NCBI GenBank assembly: GCA_028534125.1
Contig: CM052816.1
Span: forward strand, 11,162,001-11,226,000
Source of the DNA: Lama glama
Lineage: Eukaryota
Length of the DNA stretch: 64,000 nucleotides
Direction: 5' to 3'
Position numbers and translations under genes: made by a program. Positions 48,576-62,100 of the stretch are shown here, piece after piece (positions within the stretch are counted from its first letter, which is position 1; the number at the start of each line of letters is the position of its first letter). The notes below the pieces were generated by a model. That model was not told the DNA's origin. It saw only the letters and a list, made by a program, of their open reading frames with translations, and did not search any database.

Positions 48576-48927
48576 CGTCCTCTGGTTTTCCATGGTTGGG
48601 AGAAGAGAGGATTCCATAGGCTTGACTGGACACTCTCCGTTTGTTCCCTCCTCAAGACACTCTCACCCAGTGGGAAGATGGAAGGAAAGCAGCCTCGGGA
48701 TTTTAACTCTGCTCAGCCCCTTCTCCACTCTTACTCTAAACTGGTTTGAGCAACATTAGGAAAAGGTTCAAAGTACTAGACACACTACCCCATACCCACC
48801 TCCCCACCACTGAACACAGCCCTTTGCCCAGTGTCTGTCCTCCCACACTATGGCTTGGGCTCTACCCTGTGGTCAGCCAAGAGGCCCTTTTGGGGGGCCC
48901 TTGAGACCTTCAAGATTTTTCTTCAAG

Positions 48928-49666
48928 AAAGGGAACCCTCCTACATTGCTGGCGGGAATGCAGTTTGGTGCAGCCACTGTGGAAAACAGTATGGAGATTC
49001 CTCAAAAGTCTAGGAATAGACTTACCATATGACCCAGGAATCCCGCTCCTGAGCATATAGCCAGAAGGAACCCTACTTCAAAATGATACATGTACCCCAA
49101 TGTTCATAGCAGCACTATTTACAATAGCCAAGACATGGAAACAGCCTAAATGTCCATCAACAGGTGACTGGATAAAGAAGATGTGGTATATTTATACAAT
49201 GGAATACTATTCAGCCATAAAAAACAACAACATAACACCATTTGCAGCAACTTGGTTGTCCCTGGAGAATGTCATTCTAAGTGAAGTAAGCCAGAAAGAG
49301 AAAGAAAAATATCATATGAGATTGCTCATATGTGGAATCTTAAAAAAAAAAAAGAACTTAAATATAAAACAGAAGCTGACTCATAGATATAGAATAATAG
49401 AATACAAACTTGTGGTTGCCAAGGTGGAGGGAGCTGGGAAGGGATAGACTGGAAGTTCGAAATTTGTAGATACTGACAGGCATATGTAGAATAGATAAAC
49501 AAGTTCATACTGTATAGCACTGGGAAATATATACAAGACCTTGTGGTTGCTCACAGCGACAAAGAATGTGACAATGAATATATGTATGTTCACGTATAAC
49601 TGAAAATTTGTGCTCTACACTGGAAATTGACACAACATTGTAAACTGACTATAATTCAATTTAAAA
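48928..49666 (+). mobile_element. 5'-truncated young L1 with ORF2 C-terminus and 3' UTR
   Basis: [44 protein letters not shown] is the L1 ORF2 C-terminus; TSD aagatttttc(t)tcaag at 48912-48927 and 49667-49681. Confidence 0.93.
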
Positions 49667-50089
49667 AAGATTTTTCTCAAGTAAGGTTATACTGAGAGTC
49701 ATTGACATTTTTCTTTTCCCTCTTCCTCGCCTTCCTTCTTTACATGCTAAAGCATTTGTATTATTTAATGCAAGGAGTTAAAATATGCCGATTTCATATT
49801 CTCCTGTTGGCATTTCTTTTACTTTTTATTACAGCAGGAGCCTTTAAAATATGGCAGTGGCCTGGGCGCTGAGAAGCCTGGCTTGGGCTCTTGGGGAAGG
49901 AGAAGGGCCAGGGTCTTGTAGGTCCCTCCCCAGTGTGCAGGAAGTTCCCTCTGGTGCCCTAGAAACTCTCAAGTTGTTGCAACGGCCAGACAAAAAGAAG
50001 TCTGTTGCGTGGTTCTGTAGTCACTTTCTGTAGAAGGCCTGATAAAAGGTAATACAAAAGACATCCGATTCTGTTTGTTTATTTTTTGT

Positions 50090-50950
50090 TCTTACTTTAT
50101 GTTCAGTCCAAATTAGCACTGGCTGTGGATGAGCAGCTATAGAAAACAGCTGTTGCAGGACCTAGCTGACAGGTGACACCTCTCAACCGTAACCTTTCCA
50201 GCAAAATTATTCCAACAGCCCCGCAGCTATTCACTCTGTTCTGTCGCTGAGTTATCAAACTCCAAACTACTGGATGAAAACAGGAAATACACGTTTATGC
50301 CTTGGGAAGAAATCAGCATTTCGTTCATCAGTCAGTTGGACAAGATTGCTTCCCAGACAAGGATCTGACCCGCTGTTTTAATAATTTCAAATGTTCTGAG
50401 GACCGCTACTTCTTCTAAAAGACAGCTGTAACTTCGGGCCCTTGTGACAAAATCTAGGTGAATTATTAGACAATTTCATGCTGTTTTGCAGAGTGATTAA
50501 AACAAGTGGCCTTGAATGATAGCATATGTTATAAGAAGATGGAGCCCTTCAGTTATAAAAGATGTATCAATCAGGGGAAAGCAAATACAAATTAAAGTTT
50601 GATGAGCAATTGGATATTAATTGGTCCTAACTCTGCTTTTTATTGTCACTTTGATGAGGAGTGGATCATAAACATGCTAAGCGATGCTAATAATGTATAT
50701 TCACTTCAATACAACTTTATGGCGCCATTTATTAAAGAAACCAATATTGCAATGGAGTTGTTGGTGGGCTGGTGTGTGCTCCTCCTGCCGTGTGCCTTCC
50801 CCTCATCTCGCCACGCCGGCGCTCAGCCACAGCCTGCCGGCTACACGGCAGTTGCTCAGACAAGCGAGAGTTATTGCCTAGTGTTTCCTTTATGAACCAA
50901 TTCTAAATTACGGCGGAAACAAATTTCACAGCAAACTAGGGCTTTATACT
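50090..50950. promoter_or_regulatory. Candidate distal enhancer with E-box cluster
   Basis: aacagctgtt at 50145, caggtg at 50170, gacagctgt at 50421, catatg at 50523; many TAAT and TTTAT cores; non-repetitive. Confidence 0.45.
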
Positions 50951-51091
50951 TGTCTCCAGAGCTTTTTTTTAACGAGTTGCCTGCTGTTTTCCGAATGTAG
51001 ACAGCAAGCTCGAAAAAAAGGAGTGCTGTCTTCACGTCATTAAGTAGACACTAAATAGACAGGGTAGTGGAGTCCTCTAATGAGCTGACAT

Positions 51092-51183
51092 GGAATGTAT
51101 GTATGTATAGGTATGACAGAAATATGATGCTGTCCACCAGAAAGTGACACAACACTGTAAACTGACTGTACTTCATTAAAAAC
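51092..51183 (+). mobile_element. Very short L1 3' end
   Basis: ccagaaagtgacacaacactgtaaactgactgtacttcattaaaaa. Confidence 0.7.
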
Positions 51184-51407
51184 AAGAGCCAATACCTTTT
51201 ATATCAAATATAACCCAACGTATTTTTATCTCAAATGTCAAAGTAATTTTTTCCAATTACAAAAATGCAAAAGTAATATATGATCCCTAGTAAAAGAAGA
51301 AAATGAAAATTTCCTTTTCTTAATTATAATGGAAGCTCATTAGATAATCAGTTTCATAATGTCTTTTACTCTTTTAACAATCCATTTGGACAATTTTTAT
51401 ATTTCAT

Positions 51408-51625
51408 CTTACCTGGATTCATAGCCCGGTCCTGCCGTCTCTTCACTGTGTGACCCTGGGCAAATTACTTAATCTCTCTGTGCTTTAGTTCTTCATCCAT
51501 CAGGTGGGGATAATAGTATGCACCTTAAGGATTATTGTAAAATTAAATAAGACTTTTTTTTCATCCTTTAAAATTATTACTTAACACTTAGCAATGTACC
51601 TAATGTGCTCAAAATTAGTTATTTC
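51408..51625 (+). mobile_element. MIR SINE
   Basis: ctgtgtgaccctgggcaaattacttaatctctctgtgctttagttcttcatc. Confidence 0.75.
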
Positions 51626-54600
51626 TATTACAACATTATTTATCATGAGTGGGGTCTGTTCAGCTATGTTGCCAAACTATAATTTATTTAATCAGTTTAC
51701 TAATAATGATTATATTTCAGTTTGACACCAACATTGCTCATTAATACCTGTCCCTGTTGCCTTGGGATAAATCTTTAAGGGCCATCACGGCTAAGAAAAC
51801 ATCCAAGAAGTACAGCTTTTCTTTCCTGTAATAGCTGCCATTCCTTAGAATGTTAGCACAACTGTACAGGGGATATACCTGATCGCTACTTTAGAGAGGC
51901 ACTTACTTCTGTATTATAAACTTATCCTACCAGTTTTGTTATTTTGCGTGTAACTCAACCACAACTTACCTCTGGTTAGGTGAAGGGTAGCTCAGTTTAG
52001 CACTAGTCTGAATAATTTCTTGAGAACCTTGGGAAGCCCAAGAGGGTACTTTGTTGATATTTGGTGGAGGGAAGCTTCGCCTATTCTGGGCATAAACCAG
52101 GCAAACACTGACGTGCATTTGATTTTTTTTTTTCATAAAAGGAAATCTAACTATTAATTAGGCTAAAGCACTTAGGGAAGTATTCACTGAGCTATTTCCC
52201 TCAGAACCTGTATTTTTATTGTCTGCCCATTAGTTTGAACAGATTATTTAAAGGGGATGTGCATTAATAAATAGCAAGGGAGGGAACCAGAGACTAAACT
52301 GGGGCAAGGGTTCCGCCCATTGATCATCCTAGAGGAAGCCCCCTGCAGGTAACGTCGCCGAGCTGTTTTATAGCAAATGGAGGAAGGGGATCAACGCAGA
52401 GACAGAGGGGACTTCGGGCTTTGGAGTTGGATGAAAAGGCGGGTCTGTTGTAAGAGTTTGTAAATGTGTCAATGTGATAAATAGTTACTATTTGCAACCA
52501 ACGGAAAAAAAATAAGGCAGGTTTTATGGAAAATGAGGGAAACAGGTCACAGAACAGACCCCTTATGACGGAAGGCCCTTAGCAAACAAAAGACACGTGT
52601 TGCGTCTTATTAAAAGAGGTTTTTTTTCCCGCCATCAATGGACTCGCATGTCATAATTTTCCCTCTAAAGTAAATGGCCTGAGTTCAGAATAGGCAGAAA
52701 GCTCCCGTTCCTTAGATCTGCTCTTAATTCAAGAAATATATCTAACTGTATGTAGTCTAACAAGCATCGGTTTCAGAAGAAATTAATGAAGAACAGCCAT
52801 TAATTATTTATGTCCTGAAACAGTAGGTCTGCTAATGTTTCTGCTAATCACCAAAGCCAAACAGATGTATCTTCATAAAGACAATCCTGAATAGAGTGAG
52901 TATAGAAGAGGCATAACCAGGGGAAACACGTACATGTACAGCAATGACAGGAAGCAGGAATAGTGGCCGCATCACTGCCCCGAAGCTAATACTTGTTTGA
53001 ACTGCGAGGCACAATAAAATTATCAGAGCAAGTTCTGTTCACATTTTCCAACACTTAAGTAGTATCTTAAGTGGTAATAATAGGAGTTGAATGTAGGGGC
53101 CTAAAACTAATACTGGAAAATGAAAAGAATGAAACTGTTGCTCTTGAAAATAGCATTTAAAAAGCTGCCCAATTTCCACAAATGTTCTCAAAGCAGCTTC
53201 TTTCATGGATTTGAAATTAGTTGGAAGGTTTGTACATTCTGAAATCATCTTGCCTAATTCTGAGATGATTCAAACTTCATTTTTGCCTTCACGCAAAACC
53301 TACTGGGTCCTTTTCTGAGTTCCCAAAGGTGGTGTTAAAACAGCCCCTGCAGGTGTACGAGTTGCAGTGCCCGAAGTAGCAGTTAAAGTGGGGCCACTTC
53401 CGAGAGCTGGGTCCTCTGGAGTTAAACCCTGGCCCTTCCACCTGACAGCTTTGTAACTTGGGCCAGTTAACTTCTCAGTACCTCAAATGCCTCACTGGCA
53501 AAATGAGACAAGAAGAAGACCCACCTCAAAAGGTTACGACATGAGCCCTCAGGACAACCCAACTCATGTAGGACAGGACTGGGTGGGTTACACAGGATTC
53601 ACATCCTGTCCCGCCACAGCTTTCGTGGCGGATTGACAGCAATGGGGTCTACCTCACCTCCTCACTCAGAGTCTCAGTCATGATCATGTTCCTCATGACC
53701 CTTTGAGTAGAACACAGTTCCCTTCACGTTCTACGGAAGGTTTGCCCCTGGTTGTACCCACACGGTGACCAAAGTGGGAGCCGGTCAGAGACTGCTGACC
53801 CTGTCCCTTTTCCAGTGCTCCTCTCCCGACCCACACAGGAGCCCGAGGATTAGATCCTTTCACAGGCACTTGTGGTGCTCAGACCTTGTATCCCAAGAGT
53901 CACAGGGGCTGACCCCTCTTTAGGAAGGTCACCCCACGTCCTGCCTGCTGAGTTAGGTGCCATCAGAATCTGAAGGGGTCTGAAGGAGGATTTCTCATGC
54001 TGCATGCCAGGATCAGAATCCTCACAGCTGGGGCCCAGTAACCTGTAATTTTCAAAGTTCCCCCGGGACCTTCTGGTAGGCAGTCAGGTTTTGGAGCTAC
54101 TACTCAAAGGCGGGGATTCTCAGCACCCTGTGTCACAGCACATTTGTGTGCCTCGCATCCTTTGCTGTGATTTAAAGAGGGTCAGTGTTTATTAAAGATC
54201 CACTGTCATCAGTTAGGGTGGATTTGAGGTCATCCCCTCTAACGAAGCCACTCTCCCCCTACCCGCTATCTCTAATGCTTTCTTGCACAGAGAGAGGACG
54301 GAGCTACATGGCGGGTGCATAAGCCAGCATTCTGCGGGAGTCTGGAGTGAGTGAGTGCTACCGATGGGCCGTTAGTGAAAGCGGTTGAAATATCGCTTAA
54401 CTTACCAGAAAGAAATCCGACGTGGGGGTGGTGGGGATTCTCAGTAGCTCTCACAGTGCACTCACGAGAGCGTGTTGCTCAGGCGATGATGCGTTGCCCA
54501 CCTAGTGGGTCCGGGCAGACGCTGCCCTGGTCTACAGTGGCCCAAGAGCGTGCTCTCCGACGGGCCAGGATGACTGTCTCACCTTTCACGGAAGAACTTC

Positions 54601-55121
54601 TCACTGGCGTGCATCCGCCCTCACTACACAATCCACCTCTCTCTAATGCCTCTGCTGGTTTTCTCCTCTGCGCCTACTCAGCTGAGATGGCTTCAGCTGA
54701 GGACCACACGAGACTGTAAAGGAGACAGACGTGAAACACAACAAGAACAACACAAGAGCAGTTTTGGTATCCATCCCCCACCGCTTTCCAACACCCCTTG
54801 CATGTACTCTTTTAGCATCAATGGACCAGTCATTAGGTTGTGGAATAAAAAGAGAAATAAACACCACAAAGAGAAGAGAGCCTATGACCTTAAACCAAGC
54901 TCTCTGGAAGCAGCACTTTGGCTCCTTTGTCCAAACGTGGGGAAAATATGCAGGAGCTCGGCAAAGCGTGCCTGCCATTAGCTGTACCAACGAGATCAAA
55001 CCCACGTGCAGCCAGAGCTTTCTGTGTCACTTCTGTGTTTTACTAAACAACACAACCTGTCAGGCCATGTAACTGGCACTGCTTTCTGTACACAGACCAA
55101 CTGAATTCAAAGAGCCACTCA

Positions 55122-55330
55122 TAGAAAACAAACTTGTGTTTACCAGGGGGGAAAGAGGGGGTGGAGTGATAAACTGGGAGTCCAGGGTTTGCAGATACTA
55201 ACTACTATATACAAAATAAACAGCAAGGTCCTACTGTATAGCACAGGGAACTATATTCAATACCTTGTAATGACCTACAATGAAAAAGAATATGAAAAGG
55301 ACTATATGTATGTGTGTGTGTGTGTGTGTA

Positions 55331-55390
<60 letters not shown>

Positions 55391-55456
55391 TGAATTACTA
55401 TGTTGTACACCAGAAATTAACACAACATTGTAAACTGACTATTCTTCAATTGAAAG
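55122..55456 (+). mobile_element. L1 3' end containing a (TG)n(TA)n microsatellite
   Basis: aaggtcctactgtatagcacagggaactatattcaatacc; approximate TSD aaagagccactca / aaaaagccgctca. Confidence 0.85.
55305..55386. repeat. (TG)n(TA)n compound microsatellite
   Basis: Read directly; lies inside an L1 3' UTR. Confidence 0.95.
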
Positions 55457-58400
55457 AAAAAGCCGCTCAGGTGTATGGCAACAGTATATTTAGGTCTTTC
55501 TACCCACACTGGTCACGATTCCATTTCCCTCTCCACACATTTCTAACCCAAGGGACGTGCTTACTCGCCTTGTGATTTGTAAAAACACATACACTCTCAC
55601 AGAGGGAAATGGAATTAACCTGAAGGAGAATTACAAACACTTTATAAACCAGGGGGGAAAAAGGGGGGTAGGGGGGGTAGGAGTGAAGAGATGAAATATT
55701 TTGCTGATTACCAAAACTGGGCATACTCATGCTTTCTGATTTGCCTATGAAGGTATTCCAAAAGACAGTTTTAAGACTACACTTCCATTTAACACTTCTG
55801 CTCAGGTATTTTTACTTTAGGACAAATACTATCACATTCAAAAAGCAACGTCCAGAATTGTTCCCGTTACTAAAATATCTGCAGATTGTATTGCAATAAC
55901 TATTACACCAGCTGGTGAGAGGTAAGAAGAAAACTAATGAGCTAGTCCAGAATTTCTCTCCCTCCCAGTGTTGCCAGCCTCTTACTGCTTGAAAGGAGGA
56001 GGTAATTCTTATAAAAATCTGAGCTAATAAGGTTATGCAAAATCAGCTCGTATGGGGAAACAATGTTCCCTCTGTGTTTATCATATAAGTTAATATACTT
56101 CTTAAACAAATGGGCAGATGACACTCATTTGTTCTAGGCGCAGTGCAGTAGATGGTAAGTTCTTCAAAAATTCTGTAAGTTGCTTTTCAGCATTACTACC
56201 AATGCCTAGAGTGTCGATGGCCAATGATCTTTTCCTCCATGAAAGCCTCAAATGCTCAGGTAATCTGTTATTCCAGGGTGACAAGTACTATAATATTGTA
56301 AAAGTTTGAATGATTTCATAATTCTTAGGTTTGTAGCCTAAAAGAGCACTGTGTTGCTTATAAGAGAGGCTCGCGTTTCTTCCGCAGGTGCGTACTCTTG
56401 GGGGTTACAGTGTGTGCTTAGAATGGAATTCACAGGTGATATTCCTTACCAAGTGGAAAAGGCCTCTTCACCCAGTGTTCCAGATCTAGTCCAGATAAAG
56501 CCTTTGGCAAAAATTTCACACCTGCCATCCCCCCATTTTGATTCTAAATTTGAAGTGCAACTCGGCTCCTGGTGTCTGGGTACTCACATTAGGTCAGTCA
56601 CTGCAACAATAAGAATAAGGAAGAAAAGAAAGAGGAGGGACTCCCAGTGCATTCAGCATGGTGCCCCTGGCGATCTCTGAGACAAGCGTGTCACCATGAC
56701 CTTCTCTCTTCTGAAAGGGGAATCCTTTGCTACAAGGAATGGGTTAAAGGTGGAAAATAGAAATGTAAAAACAGTCTCAAAGGAGAAAGTCTCCCTCCAG
56801 TCACTCTCAGGTATGAAGACTTCTCTTGGCCAAACTCATTTCTTTAGGCAATTCCACAAGATTTAATAACCAATGTAGGAAATACAATTGTAGTTGAAAA
56901 TAGCTCCATTCAGACAACTTGATGAATCTTACAAGATCTGCTAATAGTGGTTTATAGTTCACAAAATACTTTCAGGGACATTAAACTCTAACGTTTATTG
57001 CAAATTTGTGCACATTAAATGGGTCCTGATGTTATAATGCCCACTTTTCTGAGTAAACTGAGCATTCAAAAGACTAAGTAATTAATCCCAGCTCACACAG
57101 GCAGCGAGAACTGGGACCTGAACACAGTACCAAGCAACGGTTAAGAGCTGTGCTTTGAAGTCAGATGTAACGTGGCTTTAAATCTTGGCCTAGCTTTGAG
57201 CCTATGACCTGCTTGTGCCTCAGTTTTCCCTTGGACAGGCAGGGAAAAATCACAGTATACCTCTTACAGAGTAAATAAGAATGTTTGAAAACACAGCACA
57301 GTGAGTCACATGATGAGCACTGAAATGGTAGCCAGTATTATTTTGCCATCCAAGGTTGGGGCTCTCTTTACCCCTGAACTGCTAAGAAACACCCCAGTTG
57401 TGGGACGAGCTGCCTGCATGAGACCCGTGGTTCCTCAGCATTCTGCTCAGCGTCCCTCTCTCAGACTGGTAATAGGGACATCAAAAGTACAACACAAAAA
57501 TGGTAACACGCTTCCTGAAACCAGGGCTTAAAATGTGGGGAAAAAAAAATTATAGAAAGTACATCGGTGAATAAAAAGAGACTTCACAATTCCTTCTCCA
57601 AATTTACATTCATTTCTTCTTAGCGCTATTAAAATTGACTGTGGTGAAACCAAACGAAAATTAAGTAAATGAAAGGCAGGAATAAGTTATTCTTTATTAC
57701 GTCTTCCGGTTCTTCATTTACTCAGTAGCTGTTAAAGGGCTTCTGCATGCAGGCTACTTTATCCTGTCTAATAAAACATTAGACAACTTTAATTTCTTAC
57801 TTACGGCACACACAAAAAAATTCATCATGTTTCTGGGCAAGAATGGTTAAGGATTATCCTACTGAAATGTTGAACACCATCAAAAGTCTTTGTACTTTTC
57901 TCCCACTGTAAGTGTGCAGATTTTCTCTGGATTCTGATTCACTTAGGCCACAAAGAATGAGAAACAAGTGAAGCCATCTACTGTAACCAGTCCTTCCACT
58001 CTAAGTCCATGAAGCATCACGCTACTGCAGTGATGATCAATGAAACCTCAAAATGAATAAAAAGGCAATCCTCCTGGGCTGTAAAACGGGAGAGGCAAAA
58101 CACACTGCGTACTGTTTTTATAGACAATGCTCAAAGTTTTCTGAACATGCCTGAATAAACCAGTTGGGTTCCTTTTTTTTCTCCCTAGGTACTACCATTT
58201 CTGAGAAATTAATAGGTGCCTACAACACACAAATGGCTTTCCAAAAATATTAGGGACTCAGCACTAAGCCAGCCATAAAAAGAGAGTCCTTACATAAGTC
58301 CTCGCCTCTACATAGATCTTAATCATCTACTTCAATCTTGAAAGACTTTTCTTCAGCTTTATTTACTTTATCAATGTAAATGTGAAACTGGAAAATGTAA

Positions 58401-59139
58401 AACTAAGAGTGGATGAAACTTCTTTGACATACTTGAGGCCTCGGGAGACCACACAGCACCATTCTATTGCAATGACTCCAAATAATTTTCACATGAATGG
58501 CTAAAGTGCAGAAATGTATAATTTACTAAGATTTAAATAAATCACAGGGAGAGAAGTGCTCTAAAGTTATTGGTAGAAATTTTTCAAAAGATAAAAATAT
58601 ATAATTCTAAGAAATTAAGTTCTATGTATAAAAATTCTTCCCCATCTTTAATATTTTAAAACAAAATGTTGATAATGCCATGCTTTTTTAGCATTTGACG
58701 AAAGTGAGATTTTTTTTTTAAATGACATAATCCAAAATTTAGGGGGAGACACCTTTCTAGAAACTTATACTGTTAGCAAGAGAATGCTATAATCATTCTC
58801 TTTTGTCTCAGCAACTTCCTTGATACAGTTCCCATACTGGAAATATTCCCAGTGGCTGCTAAATTTGTCAAGAACAAAAAACTTTTTCTGTTGGATCTCT
58901 TAGAACATGTCCAGTTTTCTCATGGGCTGTCAAAGAATAAAAAGCTCCCTTTCTCCCAAGTGTGCTAGCATCTTCTTTTCCTTTTTGCAGATGACAATTA
59001 TTACCATATCATTAGTAGTCAATAAACATCTCGTAGTTGCCAAAATAGCTAAAATTAGAGATCTGCAAGGATTCAGAATGACATTACCAAAAAAGAAATC
59101 TGAACATGCAAAAAAATCAAATAACTCTATAAACAATAG

Positions 59140-62100
59140 AACAATGACATGAATATCAGTTTTATTCACCGAGAATATACTTTTTTAAAAAAAATCTACG
59201 GCATAAACATAAACAAACACTGCTATTCTCAGCACTTTTTGCCTAGAAAATTCGGTATACTATATGAAAACATTAAATTAAAGCACATGAATTTATTTAT
59301 GTACAACATGATTTTTTTTAATGCCAAGGTTAAAAGGAAGAAGGCACCAGAAATATTGAAAAACACAAAGAAGCAAGGTAGAAATACTGCAAGATTATCA
59401 TAATCCAGTTTGCCACAGGAAAAATATTTAAGACAAAATTGAAAATAAAATAAACATAGGTTATGATACAGCCAAATGATTGCGAAACGGATCAAATTGG
59501 CTGGCTGTACATTATGGAGGTCACAGAAAATTATTACTTTAAAATGTCTCCCCGCAAATTAGCATCTATAAACACCGTGCTCTATAGCTTCCAATATGCT
59601 ACCTAAAAACAGTGTTGCTCCCCAAGGGAGCCTGGTTCCAACCCAGGGCATATGAGATAGATGGAGCCAGAATGGCAGTGCTTGACAGACACTAATAAAA
59701 AAGACCAGTGACATTCTACAGACTTGCAATATTCCATTTTGTTAGAAGCAGCAAAGCACAGCGGTTAAGAGTATAAGCCCTGGTGTCAGACCCATGTTCA
59801 AATTCTGGCCCCACCGCTACAGGCTGTGTGACCTCCAGGAAATCACTTAATCTCCCCTAAACTCAGTTCTCAGAGCGGAACAAGGGAGTGCCTTCTTCAA
59901 AGGGCTGCTGCAAGCAGAATGCAGACAAACCACTGAGCATTCAATACATGTGCTGAATTGAATTCACAAAAGTGAAGTTTAAAATTATCAAGCAGTTTAA
60001 CTGAAAATATTTACTTGGCACCATGGTATTACAGGAAAGTCAAGCTTTATTGCTTAAGGAATCCAAGAGAATTACATGGACAAGAGGATAGAAATACTGA
60101 AATGTACAAATAACTTGTATTTCATGTTTGGTGTTGATTTCATTACTTTGCAGACTTCATGGTTTTCTTCTATGGATTTCTGAAGATATGACAACCTTCT
60201 CCTTGACATGTTCCCAAGCTTCCTCTTTACATTTTAGAAAGCAGAAAAGCTCATTCATGTAAATGTACAAATGACACACTTGCCCAAGATTAAGAAAAGT
60301 GGCAAGGATTAGGTAGTTATTTTTACCAGACAGGTTTATCAGCATCTCCTGTTTCTAATGAACCTACAGGAGAATGTGTTTTTAAAAGTGTGAAATTCAA
60401 CAGCACCATGTTGGACTATGTACAATTTCCTCACAAATCTATCAAACCTCGTTTGTTTTATACAGTTGATAGCTAAGCTGAACTTTAAATGCAAAATTGA
60501 AATCAAAGTATAAAAAAATTTGATTCAGACACTAAATACTTGTTGTATGGACTTCATGGGCAGGTTTTTTTTTTTTAAATAAATAATTCTTGCAAACTGC
60601 CTTGGATTTCATAAAAAGTAGCACCAATACACTAGTATTACACTCCCTTCCCAGGACAAATAATGACAAAAATACAAAACTGCAGGTAAGTTTAAAAAGT
60701 CACTCACAGTTGTCTATGTTAAAAATTAAAAACTATAAAAGACTTTCATGCTCAAGAGCATTAAGTAATCAATAAAGACATTGATATACATTATTCTCAC
60801 CTTTAATTTTAGACTAAAGGTCAACTTCTGACTCCAGACTATTTTTCCAAACAAAGCAGAAGATAAAATTCTAACATTTTATACTCAAAATAGTACTGAC
60901 AATGTCACAGCAAGTGATTTAAAATGCAATTCACCCTGAAACTCAATAGGCTACTGTTTTCCAAACTGCAGTTTTGAAAACCAAATTGTGGGTCCTGACA
61001 GGAACAGAAAAAATATCTGGTGCATACTGGGTTGTAGAGGTAAGTATTGTCGAGTTAACTTTTGTTGGGTGTGTGTGCACGTGTGTACTGGGTTGCAATA
61101 CAAAACGTGTTTTTCACTGTTGAGTTGCTGTGGAAGAAAAGATTCATCATTGCTCTAAGGACCACTAAATTTTGCCTTCTGGAGCCCCCTACAGGCTCTA
61201 AGTGTTAAAAACTTGAATGCTACAGAAAATTGACAACTCTTGTTGGAGGGTGGTTCAGGAAGTTGAACTCAATAGTTCATACAGGAACAGAGGCTTACAT
61301 AAATAGGCAGTGTTTGGTCTAAGAACTCAAACTAAACATGTACACAGTCTCAATCTTGAAGCCAAGTCCTCCTCAAAAAAAATTATTTGATCAAGTCTAT
61401 ATTAGCCCTTATTATCTAACTTAAGATTGGGAGAAATACACAAATATCTCATAAAAATAGCTGTCTGGGGGCAAACTAGGAAGAGATGCAATCACAAGGA
61501 CTTTAGAAAACTTAACATTAACAAGACATTCACTTTTATGAGGTTTTTACAAAGCAGTGTCGAAAAATGAATCAACAGAAACACAGCTAGGCAACTAAAA
61601 GGCTTATTTACACACTACCCCCCAGCAAAGACTTGAGTTAAGAATAAAAACTTTTGAACAATCAAGTATTAACCATTATTATCCCAACTCAATTATTTTA
61701 AAACTACCTCTATCAAGGTAGTAGAACTCTATGAAGTAGTTAGAAAACTGAAGCGATGTAGGAAATACAGCCTTATTTTCATTGAAAACTAACAGGCTGT
61801 TAGATTAGGGCCTTCTTCCCCTGCTCCTCTTTCAAAAGAGGGAAAATAGAAATAAAAAGAAAAAGTAACGATGTTTAACGATTCCTGACCACCACCACCA
61901 CAAAAATGTTTGCAGAAGCTTAAGAAAAGTGTAGACTAAAACCACAAACATCCTGCAACCAATCATCAAACACTATCCTGACCTTAATTTCACCTGTATC
62001 AAGTCACCTGTTCTCAGAAGGCTTGCGATGTTCAGTTAACCTAAGGTCGACGGCAGAACCAGGTAAGAGGCCAAATTGTAGATGATCCTGTAGAAAGGAG

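Noticed and set aside
49100..49447. 115-aa ORF as a host gene
   Set aside because: It is the L1 ORF2 C-terminus running into the L1 3' UTR.
55652..55681. G-quadruplex-like G tracts
   Set aside because: Isolated simple sequence with no functional context.
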